64,000 bases of DNA from Candidatus Poseidoniales archaeon (lineage in GTDB: Archaea; Thermoplasmatota; Poseidoniia; Poseidoniales; Thalassarchaeaceae): the NCBI GenBank assembly GCA_012959435.1, contig DUDF01000116.1, positions 5,366 to 69,365 on the forward strand, given 5' to 3'. Position numbers and translations under genes: made by a program. The notes beneath the pieces are model-generated. The model was not told the DNA's origin and made no database searches. It saw only the letters and a program-made list of their open reading frames with translations. Shown here in pieces: positions 10,509 through 19,076 of this stretch; position 1 is the stretch's first letter; each line of letters opens with the position of its first letter.

Positions 10509-12272
10509 ATGAGCGATTGGATTCCCGATGAGGACACAATTCGCTTAATTCGAAAATATGCGATGCAAAATGCCCTTGAATATGATGGGAAAGGACAAGC
10601 TGCTTCTGTTCAAGGAAGAATTCTTGGCGAAGTTGCGGAACTTCGCCAGCATGCAAAACATCTGTTTGGTGTGCTAGGGCCAGCAATAGAGGAAGCAAAC
10701 CAACTTTGGAATGATGAAGGTGCTGAAGCAGTCACAGCGGTGCTACTAGCTGAAGCACCAGACGCTCTTGAAAAGCGAGTTAAAGAGCGCCGGGAAGGCT
10801 TACCTGAATTACCCAATGCTGTCAAGGGTGAAGTGATTTTACGCTTCGCACCCAATCCAAATGGGCCACTAACCATCGGCCACAGCCGAGGTGTAATCAT
10901 CAATTCCCAGTATGCAGAGATGTATGATGGAAAAATGATTCTCAGATATGATGATACAGACGCGAAAATTAAACGCCCCGATTTGAAAGCCTATGACTGG
11001 ATTAAGGAAGATTTCACATGGCTAGCAGGGGTAAAGCCCGATATTATTCTAGAGGCGTCAGCGAGAATGCCAGAATATATGGCCCACGCAAAACAATTCA
11101 TTGCTGATGATTACATGTATGTATGCACCTGTACAGCAGATGAATTCAAGCAACTCAGAATTGACCAACAAGAATGCCCATGCCGCGCCAATAGTGCACT
11201 CAAGAACAGTGATTTATGGAATCAAATGAATGACACTGAGGGAGGGTTCAACGAAGGTGATGCCGTAGTTCGAGTGAGAACTGGCATGGAACACAAGAAC
11301 CCCGCGCTACGAGATTGGCCTGCATTAAGAATTCAGAGAGCATCTCATCCTAAAGTAGGTGACAAATATCGAGTTTGGCCACTTCTAGATTTCCAAAGTG
11401 CAGTTGAGGACCACGTACAAAAGGTGACTCACATCATTCGTGGCAAGGACCTTATGGACTCAACTAGGAAACAAAAATTACTCTACGAAATGGCTGGTTG
11501 GAATTATCCCGAAACGCTCTACTGGGGGCGAGTTAAGGTTCACGAATTTGGAGGTTTTTCAACCTCACAAATGAAGATTGATATTGAAAATGGAGATTTT
11601 AACGGATGGGATGATCCGCGCCTCCCTACCGTACGTGCGCTCCGCAGGCGCGGGTTTTCTGCTGCAGCAATGAGGAAATTTTGGATTGAATTGAGTTTGA
11701 CCCAAAAGGACATATCTGTACCGTTAGCAACATTGATTTCCCATAATTCAACTGAAATAGATTCTTCAACTCCTAGACTGTCCTTCATACAAAATCCAGT
11801 GATGTTAGCACTGAACTGTGCCGGAATCGAATTACCGGATGCAATTGATATTCCTTGTCATCCTTTAGAAAAAGAAATGGGTGTACGAAATTGGGCACTA
11901 CCTCGTGATAGTGAATTGCAAGTGTATATCGAAAAAGAGGATTTTGATATTGCCATTGCAAGCGATGGTAAGATTCGCCTCAAAGATTTCGCAGATATTG
12001 ATGTTAGTGAAAATAAGGGTGGGGTTGTCACCTCTATGCCACGCTCAGACGAGCGCCCAATTATTCACTGGTTAACAGAGGAAATGGCAACTAATCACAC
12101 ATTACTCAGGCCAGATGAGCAAGGCGAACAACTTGATGAAATCAAAGGTCTGCTTGAAAAGAATCCCCACCCTTCTGGCACGATTATCCAACTAGAGCGT
12201 ATTGGTTTTGCCCGTTTGGAATCAAGCGAGAGCGAACCAAGCATGACTCGAATGATTTGGACTCACTCTTGA
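10509..12272 (+). CDS. gltX: Glutamyl-tRNA synthetase (archaeal type)
   Basis: RFAPNPNGPLTIGH (HIGH variant), LRYDDTD, CTC...CPCR, THIIRGKD, GWDDPRLPT, QLERIGFAR. Confidence 0.97.
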   Translation: MSDWIPDEDTIRLIRKYAMQNALEYDGKGQAASVQGRILGEVAELRQHAKHLFGVLGPAIEEANQLWNDEGAEAVTAVLLAEAPDALEKRVKERREGLPELPNAVKGEVILRFAPNPNGPLTIGHSRGVIINSQYAEMYDGKMILRYDDTDAKIKRPDLKAYDWIKEDFTWLAGVKPDIILEASARMPEYMAHAKQFIADDYMYVCTCTADEFKQLRIDQQECPCRANSALKNSDLWNQMNDTEGGFNEGDAVVRVRTGMEHKNPALRDWPALRIQRASHPKVGDKYRVWPLLDFQSAVEDHVQKVTHIIRGKDLMDSTRKQKLLYEMAGWNYPETLYWGRVKVHEFGGFSTSQMKIDIENGDFNGWDDPRLPTVRALRRRGFSAAAMRKFWIELSLTQKDISVPLATLISHNSTEIDSSTPRLSFIQNPVMLALNCAGIELPDAIDIPCHPLEKEMGVRNWALPRDSELQVYIEKEDFDIAIASDGKIRLKDFADIDVSENKGGVVTSMPRSDERPIIHWLTEEMATNHTLLRPDEQGEQLDEIKGLLEKNPHPSGTIIQLERIGFARLESSESEPSMTRMIWTHS

Positions 12273-12347
12273 GCGATTGCTTGCAATCAATTGTATAATT
12301 CTGTTCAAGTGCATAAGTTACAAGACCTTTGACTAAATAGGACGCGC

Positions 12348-12923
12348 ATGAACAAAGGTGCAAAAGTCATCTTAGCGATAGGGGGAGTGATTGTTCTTCT
12401 AGGAATTGCTTCACTTGTAATTGCCGGACCGTCTGCAAAACGGTATTATGTCAACCCATTAGATGAAATCCAGTGGCAAACCAATTCGGTAGTTAACGAA
12501 ACAATTCCTCTTTCTCCAGACGAGACTTACCAATTATTTGCCAAAAATGGGACGGGGTATCATAATCTGTCAATCACAGATCCTGATGGCAATGAATTGT
12601 TTCAAGGTGAACATTGTAGAGAATTTGGAGATGATGATTCATCTTGCGAATATGAATGGATTGAAATCGGATATTTTGATGCCTACGATTGTCCTTGTCA
12701 AATAACTGTGGAATCATCAGAGGATATCCTTTTCTTAGTGTATGGAGAAGGTGGGGAAAAAAGTGACGTTGACGGTTATTTCATGTCGTTTTGTGGTGGG
12801 ATTCTTGCCATCTTGTTAGGAATTGTGATACTAGTTGTGGGTGGTGGGGTGTCAATGTTCACCAAAACCAAAAGCGTTGACTTAGTCTCTGTGAACCAAC
12901 AACATTACCCCCCAATGGATTGA
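12348..12923 (+). CDS. Hypothetical membrane protein (two TM helices flanking an acidic Cys-containing loop)
   Basis: Hydrophobic N- and C-terminal segments. Fills the intergenic space. Confidence 0.75.
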   Translation: MNKGAKVILAIGGVIVLLGIASLVIAGPSAKRYYVNPLDEIQWQTNSVVNETIPLSPDETYQLFAKNGTGYHNLSITDPDGNELFQGEHCREFGDDDSSCEYEWIEIGYFDAYDCPCQITVESSEDILFLVYGEGGEKSDVDGYFMSFCGGILAILLGIVILVVGGGVSMFTKTKSVDLVSVNQQHYPPMD

Positions 12924-12930
12924 ATGAAGG

Positions 12931-13359
12931 TTATTCGTGCTGAGCAAGACGCTTGATTGCGGGCCTTGCTTCAATATGGTCAAGTGCCTCACGGTAATCA
13001 TTTGGTGAAAAGTAGCCAGTAAATTGGCCGTCCCCATCAACAGCAACAACGGCATGTGGTTTACGTTCATTCATTTGCACGATAATATCGTCAACATTGT
13101 CATTTTGGCCAACTTCCATGACATCAGCATCCATGTGCTCACCAACGGTCATGTCATTAGAATCTCCACCATCTGAAATTGCGGAAAGAACTTGATTTGG
13201 CGTAACTATTCCTTTGACCATCTTGTCTTCGCCAAGAACAATCAAAATCCCTCGTTCAAGAGCAAGTAATTTACTAGCTGCATCAGCAATGGATGCATCC
13301 ATCTCAACTACTTCATGCTCATCTGTCAAAATCAAGTCTGAGACTTTCACATCATCCAT
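12931..13359 (-). CDS. CBS-pair domain protein
   Basis: Two CBS repeats (VSDLI...VKGIVT; VGEHM...VVAVDGDGQFTGYFS). Confidence 0.88.
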   Translation of the reverse strand: MDDVKVSDLILTDEHEVVEMDASIADAASKLLALERGILIVLGEDKMVKGIVTPNQVLSAISDGGDSNDMTVGEHMDADVMEVGQNDNVDDIIVQMNERKPHAVVAVDGDGQFTGYFSPNDYREALDHIEARPAIKRLAQHE

Positions 13360-13602
13360 AATAGGTCACTAAATCCAAGGCAGACACCGCGGTTCTTGAA
13401 TCTGTTGGAATATCTAATTTGTATCGCAAGTGCAAAATAATGCTGGAAACGAACAAACACACCTTAGAAAATATAACTTGTAAATTCTATTTTACTAATT
13501 CGGCAACTTGTTCATCACCCCACATACATACTGTTTAGTGGCCCTATCATCCGTTGCCTTGAAAGAGCCAAGGAGGGCCCACGCACACTGGGGTAGCAGA
13601 TA

Positions 13603-15681
13603 ATGAAGCGAATAACCACAATTCTCGCTCTCTTGGCACTGTTACTATCAGCCCTCCCAAACAGCCACCTCATCGGTGATGTAGATGCACAAATTACCTG
13701 CTGTGATTCAGTTGAGGTTGACTACTATTTGCTGGGTGAAGGTGATGAAACCGGAAAAGGCTCACTAAGTCCATTCTCTGCTGATTTAACTACTGAACAA
13801 GATGTATGGGTTACTTCATCAGTAAGCCAACTGACTGAAATTGCTCGCTGGAGAGTTCCTCAGGCAACGAGTGGAAGTTATCCAATTTCAACTTGGACAC
13901 TATCGGTAAATTATGAGGTTGTAAATGCTGGGGGAGTTCAAGCAAATGTCTCTGCTGAAGTGAAAATAGGTGGGAAGTCATGGACAGGATCGTCAAACAC
14001 TAATCCCGCATATACACCTGGTCTAGGAACTGTTGATGTGTCAATAGACATTGATGAGCAAGGCAACATTCTCTCTGGTGGAGAGTTAGTTGTTGTAGTT
14101 CTTAGCGTACAAACCCTGATCTTCAATTCCCCTGGTGACGATGCAGGTGTGAGATTTATTTGGGGTACAGATGAATATGCATCTAATCTCCAGGCTAATA
14201 TTCCCTTAGTAAAAATGGATTGGCAACCTGCTGTAGTGAATGGACACTCTGTTCAGATTCCAGTAGTGCTACGCTCGGGTTATGGTGCCGCCATCTGGGA
14301 AAAATCAACAACTGAATTCAAGATTGATGGGGTAGTTGTTGACACCGTTGTTGCAACTATGCATAATGACGGCGCTCAAGTTTACCTAAATTGGCAAGCG
14401 CCAGATTCTGCTCAAGATGGAGTTTACGAAGTCAATCTCTCACTAATAGTTTCAGATTCACAAATCCAACCATTCCGTGGCGGGTTTTCCTATGTGTTAG
14501 CATTTGGAGGAGGAACTGGTAGCGGATATGGGATATTCCCAGCAGATGAACCACTTCGAAGTGGGGGGAGTCAAATCAGTGTCAAAATTGATGCCGAGGT
14601 CCAAGGTGGTGACCGCATACGTAGGACAACTCAAATAGACCTAGAAGGCCCTATGGCAACATGGATGAGATGGGGTTTTGACAACATCGGTAATGACTCG
14701 CTAGACTCACTTTCCCAATGGCGTAAGGTCCAGGGGACTTCTTCAACAGAAGCAACACGTAATAATCAGCAAGTTGATTCATCCGAAATTCAGGCATTGG
14801 AAACGCATCTATCCGGGAGGGCTTCCTCACTCAAACAATTCATGTTTGATGGGTTGATGCTTGATTCGGGTCGCCTACTAGGGGTAGAGCCTATTGAAGC
14901 GGCAGCATCACCAACAGTTAGCATCAATGTAAACGACGATTACGGATTTAGTGACTCAACCATCACGATTACCATTGAATCACTTGAAAATATCAAAGTA
15001 GGTGAAAAGAGTATTCTTTTCGATAATTTTATCAGACCACAAGCATCAGCAACTCCATTTTGGACTGAGTTAACAATTGATGCCCGTTTGGGAACTTCAA
15101 TGATGGTTGGAACTGCTGCAGTTGATGGTAGTGGAGTAGATTACTCACACAAGCGACTCATTTACACAGAAACTGTGACTGTATCAAAAACTACCTTAGT
15201 AGGAGAAGATGCGATGTCGGATTACCGTATTGCATACGTAATTGGTAGTTTAGCCCATTCCCCACTTGTCACCCTATTGCAATCATTTGCAATGTTTGTT
15301 GCATTCACCCTTTTAGCCCGTAAATTGACCAAAGATAAGCCAAGAGTTGGTTTCTGGTTGACGTCAGTGCTATTCGCAGGTGTTTGGGGTTACTCATACT
15401 TCTTCGCCTTGCCACTAGTCTTCATGCTGGTTGCTTTGGGAGTTGCAGGTGTAATGATGTTGGCTGTAGCTGTTGTAACTCCAAAAATCAGTTTAGATGA
15501 CGCGTTGGCTGATGAATCAGCGTATTTCACGATAATGCCAAGCATTGGAAGCCGTAAAAAGCGTGTAAAAATACCTGTCATTAAATGCCCTGTCTGTGCA
15601 GACAAAATTGCTGTAAAGACACCTAAGAGGCCGGCTAGAGTACGTTGTAATGGCTGTGATACACGCCTCAAAATATCATAA
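13603..15681 (+). CDS. Secreted multi-pass membrane protein with C-terminal zinc ribbon
   Basis: Signal peptide, ~530-aa beta-rich ectodomain, ~3 TM helices, then CPVC-x15-CNGC. Confidence 0.78.
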   Translation: MKRITTILALLALLLSALPNSHLIGDVDAQITCCDSVEVDYYLLGEGDETGKGSLSPFSADLTTEQDVWVTSSVSQLTEIARWRVPQATSGSYPISTWTLSVNYEVVNAGGVQANVSAEVKIGGKSWTGSSNTNPAYTPGLGTVDVSIDIDEQGNILSGGELVVVVLSVQTLIFNSPGDDAGVRFIWGTDEYASNLQANIPLVKMDWQPAVVNGHSVQIPVVLRSGYGAAIWEKSTTEFKIDGVVVDTVVATMHNDGAQVYLNWQAPDSAQDGVYEVNLSLIVSDSQIQPFRGGFSYVLAFGGGTGSGYGIFPADEPLRSGGSQISVKIDAEVQGGDRIRRTTQIDLEGPMATWMRWGFDNIGNDSLDSLSQWRKVQGTSSTEATRNNQQVDSSEIQALETHLSGRASSLKQFMFDGLMLDSGRLLGVEPIEAAASPTVSINVNDDYGFSDSTITITIESLENIKVGEKSILFDNFIRPQASATPFWTELTIDARLGTSMMVGTAAVDGSGVDYSHKRLIYTETVTVSKTTLVGEDAMSDYRIAYVIGSLAHSPLVTLLQSFAMFVAFTLLARKLTKDKPRVGFWLTSVLFAGVWGYSYFFALPLVFMLVALGVAGVMMLAVAVVTPKISLDDALADESAYFTIMPSIGSRKKRVKIPVIKCPVCADKIAVKTPKRPARVRCNGCDTRLKIS

Positions 15682-15704
15682 AGTCTGGATTACTAGTTTT
15701 GTAA

Positions 15705-16544
15705 TCAGACCGCCTTAGATAAAATTGCGTCAATCAAATCTGATACCGCTTTTGGAGTGCCATCCCACATTGCCCGAGCAGTAACCATCCTAGTGTGTAA
15801 ATCGTTATCAGAATCTGCCAATTTAATACGGTGCCATACCAACTCTTCAAGCCTTGCAGTTGATGGCTTATCACTCAATACCTGTGGTAGAACAAGGGTG
15901 CTTAGTGCGTTTGCCTTGCCATCTACATCTAAGGCAGACCATGTTTCACGAGTACTTGCCTCAGTGTCTAGGTCAACCTGTTTTAACCCAGTCATATCTG
16001 GGCTTTCTATCTCTGGAAGTGGTACTATTCTAACCGAACCCTCTTGATGTAAATGGTCACGAAGGGCACTATACACTGGGTCATATCCTTGGTCGAGCGC
16101 ACTAGCCCACCAATTACCGGCCAACAACCATGGCCTAAGTGAACGCAATCTTTTGCCATCAGGTGCAATTAATTCCGCCAAAGCTGCTGCTTGTGCAACT
16201 GTTGAGAGAACACCTCTGTGGGCCGCCCCCTCATGCCCTCTCACTCCAGTCGCGAAGAGTGGAGTGATGACAATTTGATTGGGTTTCTGAGTGAGAGGTT
16301 TGTCCAATGCGTCTCCATCCTTCACCTCAATAAATGGGGGACTTGCAGAGCGAGGGGAAAAACGGCGGCGATAGGAGATTTCGGCATCTAACAAAGCCGC
16401 CTCCAAAAAAGCCGAACTGACTGCCCCATCTGGTGATGGTGGAATAATCAGTGTAATCGTATCTGACTGGCTCATTGATGTAGCATATTCCTGGAGATTT
16501 ACGGCAATTGTTGCAAATGCCTCCAACTCCAATAATGAGCGCAT
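15705..16544 (-). CDS. Putative degenerate RecJ/DHH-family protein
   Basis: PSPDGAVSSAFLEAALLDAEISYRRRF resembles the RecJ motif-I helix. It lies directly downstream of rps15, the conserved archaeal position of a RecJ-like gene. No DHH triad. Confidence 0.55.
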   Translation of the reverse strand: MRSLLELEAFATIAVNLQEYATSMSQSDTITLIIPPSPDGAVSSAFLEAALLDAEISYRRRFSPRSASPPFIEVKDGDALDKPLTQKPNQIVITPLFATGVRGHEGAAHRGVLSTVAQAAALAELIAPDGKRLRSLRPWLLAGNWWASALDQGYDPVYSALRDHLHQEGSVRIVPLPEIESPDMTGLKQVDLDTEASTRETWSALDVDGKANALSTLVLPQVLSDKPSTARLEELVWHRIKLADSDNDLHTRMVTARAMWDGTPKAVSDLIDAILSKAV

Positions 16545-16658
16545 GGCCGCCCGAGAAAGTCAACTGCCAAAAAACCACTTGCAAAAATAGCCAAAAATAA
16601 TGCTAGCAAATCAACAATGTTGAGAAATTAAAACTTGACTTGAAAACCAAGCCGTGAA

Positions 16659-17114
16659 TTATTCTACCATTAGACGTAGTTGGTCACGCTTGTAATTCCA
16701 ATCAGCATCCAATTTGTCATTTAACTTGTAATAACGAGCGGAGCGACGAATCTTTGATTCGACAAGATTGAGTTGACGGTTGTTGTGTAAATCTTTGTGA
16801 TGGCCCTCTAAATGGTCGATGATACCTTGTGCCTTACGCATCATGTTCATCAATTCTTCAGGGACCGCACGAGTTTTGCCAGCCTCTTCAAGAACTACGC
16901 CGACAGTCTTGCCGAGTAGTAGTTTTACACTAGGAACTGAGTGTTGGTCACGAAGTATTGTGCCGATCATAGCGTTAGAGTTGCCTTGTTCATTTAATTC
17001 AACAATGAGAGACTCAACCCTTGAAGTGTCTTGTTCAGACCACTCAGGTAAGTCACTAACATTTGGACGGGTTGAGCCCGAACGACCCTTTCCACCACTG
17101 TGCATTCGTCCCAT
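16659..17114 (-). CDS. rps15: 30S ribosomal protein S15 (uS15; S15P/S13e)
   Basis: MGRMHSGGKGRSGSTRP, IGTILRDQH, PEELMNMMRKA, HHKDLHNNRQLNLVESKIRR. Confidence 0.97.
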   Translation of the reverse strand: MGRMHSGGKGRSGSTRPNVSDLPEWSEQDTSRVESLIVELNEQGNSNAMIGTILRDQHSVPSVKLLLGKTVGVVLEEAGKTRAVPEELMNMMRKAQGIIDHLEGHHKDLHNNRQLNLVESKIRRSARYYKLNDKLDADWNYKRDQLRLMVE

Positions 17115-17164
17115 AATAACACCTTGAGCGAGCCGCCGACCTACTCCCCATTCATAACCGCTCC

Positions 17165-17181
17165 GCCTCTCTATGAGAGGC
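17165..17181. other. 7-bp GC-rich hairpin GCCTCTC-TAT-GAGAGGC between the arcS stop and the rps15 promoter
   Basis: Perfect inverted repeat starting 2 nt after the arcS stop codon. Possible 3'-end structure or operator. Confidence 0.35.
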
Positions 17182-17182
17182 T

Positions 17183-19024
17183 TTACAGCCTGTGTTTGGT
17201 CTTTGCAACCCTGCCAGGGCTACCAAAATACTCCCATTTTGCAGTCACACTGCGGGCGCTACCAAGGAGATTACCAGCTCGGAAAAGTAACACTTCATCT
17301 CCGACACGGATATCTCCAACAACCTTGTCAACCATTGGTGAGAAAATATCTCCTTCAAGTTTCGGACCATCCTCTAAATGCACTTCTGATAGGGTCCCAC
17401 ACTTTGCCAAGTTAGGCAAAGTACCCTTTGGAAATGCGAACCTTCCATCTTTAGGATGCCACATTGCTAACTGCTGTTTTCCCTCAAGAATCTTCCAACG
17501 TGGCGGTTTTCCACCGACATGCGCGCTTTCAAGCCAGTCATCATTATTGTGAAGCCAGCGAGAAACGCTTCTCATTTTAATTAGCAAATGTTGCTTTTCA
17601 TTCATTCGGTAATTAGGATGAAATTTCTTAGCAGCATCCTCTGATGCTTGCTTAAGTCTCTCAAGTGCTTCATGAGAACCAGCACCCTCACCTTGCCGTG
17701 TATCAATAATTTCAACGCCGATTTCTTCACTGTCAAAGTTGATCCCACTATGATTGATTACCATCTTGTAACCGTTGTTAGAAACAAGTGATTTGACACA
17801 TTTTTGAATTATCGCTAATTCATCGCCGTCCCATTCCCCAGTGACCGGAATATCGTAATGAGAAGCAGGCCATAATTCCTCAAGTTCACGAGGGACGAGC
17901 CCTAATGGTGAAGTCACCATTACTTCGTGTAGGGGGCGGTGTCGAAGCGAACCACGGAAGCGCCTATGAGACTGTGACATGGAGTATGGTTTGCGAGCAC
18001 TGCATGGAAGTAGCACTAGAACTTCCGATTGCTCAGCGGGAGTTCGATAATCAGTAGTTATCCTTTGGATCCAATCAACAATGAGGGGGTCTTGGCGACT
18101 AACTGGGCTGTGACAACGCCATTTCATCCCATATTTCACAAATCGGCGTAATGGGGCGCCATTAATCGAAATCTCACCTTCATCACTCAGTTGCTGACGG
18201 ATTAATCGGTCATGATATCGAAGATGCTCAACCAGTTTCGGTGAATTCAAAGACCGTTTTTCGACTAATTGACGCAGACTACCATTCTTCAATGCAGATT
18301 TTACCGCAGAAATCTCACGCTTCCATTCATTATACTGCGCCGCAATGTCTGAATCTTCATCATATTCTTCACTTGGCCTTCTTGCTCCATCGGAAGTGAG
18401 TAAAAATCCAAATGATTCTGCTTGTCTAGAACGCGTAAAATCATGTAAATCAACGCCAAACCAAGTAAGAAGAGCGAGATTATCAGGTCCACCCAAACCA
18501 GGGCACCATAACAAAGACGAGGGGAAATGAGTCCTTAGGACTGCCAAAGCAGAAACCAACTTACCAGGATGGTTTGCTAATTGAAGAGCATCAACCAAAG
18601 CAATAATTTCTGGTTGTTCGGGTAAATCCATCAATTCTGAATCATGTCTCAGTGTTTGCCATGATAGAGATACTAGGCCACCGTTTGAACGCCCTCTGAC
18701 TCCTGTGTCAGAATCTTCTAATGAAGGCGGTAAAACATGGTTCATTTGACATACCCATTGAGGTGAATCATCGTCAAATGGCATCGCCATCGCACCTCTC
18801 CCAGTTATTGTCATAGTTGCTGGCAAAGAACTGCTATCATAATCAACTACAAATGGCATCAAATTTGTGCTGATACTTAGTTGAGATTCGTCATTTTTAG
18901 TTCCGATTAGAGCCGGAGTGATACATAACGGACCCTTGCGGTCACCTAGGGCAATCATGCGCGCATGACGCAATCTTTCGGCCACCGTACGGCCTAGCGT
19001 GGAATCAGTCACGAAGGGCGCCAC
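17183..19024 (-). CDS. arcS: Archaeosine synthase ArcS (TgtA2): TGT-like region, DUF5591-like domain and PUA domain
   Basis: LLTWFGVDLHD, LRQLVEKR, VLLPCSARKPYSMSQSH, TSPLGLVPRELE, YDIPVTGEW, C-terminal PUA (DIRVGDEV). Start uncertain (19024, 18985 or 18958). Confidence 0.88.
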   Translation of the reverse strand: MAPFVTDSTLGRTVAERLRHARMIALGDRKGPLCITPALIGTKNDESQLSISTNLMPFVVDYDSSSLPATMTITGRGAMAMPFDDDSPQWVCQMNHVLPPSLEDSDTGVRGRSNGGLVSLSWQTLRHDSELMDLPEQPEIIALVDALQLANHPGKLVSALAVLRTHFPSSLLWCPGLGGPDNLALLTWFGVDLHDFTRSRQAESFGFLLTSDGARRPSEEYDEDSDIAAQYNEWKREISAVKSALKNGSLRQLVEKRSLNSPKLVEHLRYHDRLIRQQLSDEGEISINGAPLRRFVKYGMKWRCHSPVSRQDPLIVDWIQRITTDYRTPAEQSEVLVLLPCSARKPYSMSQSHRRFRGSLRHRPLHEVMVTSPLGLVPRELEELWPASHYDIPVTGEWDGDELAIIQKCVKSLVSNNGYKMVINHSGINFDSEEIGVEIIDTRQGEGAGSHEALERLKQASEDAAKKFHPNYRMNEKQHLLIKMRSVSRWLHNNDDWLESAHVGGKPPRWKILEGKQQLAMWHPKDGRFAFPKGTLPNLAKCGTLSEVHLEDGPKLEGDIFSPMVDKVVGDIRVGDEVLLFRAGNLLGSARSVTAKWEYFGSPGRVAKTKHRL

Positions 19025-19076
19025 CTATGCGCTATAATTGAATGATTCTAAATGCCGAGGGGCGCGCCAAGTAGAT

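Noticed and set aside
10860..10885. GluRS HIGH motif reads TIGH
   Set aside because: Variation at the first position is tolerated in archaeal class I synthetases and all other motifs are intact.
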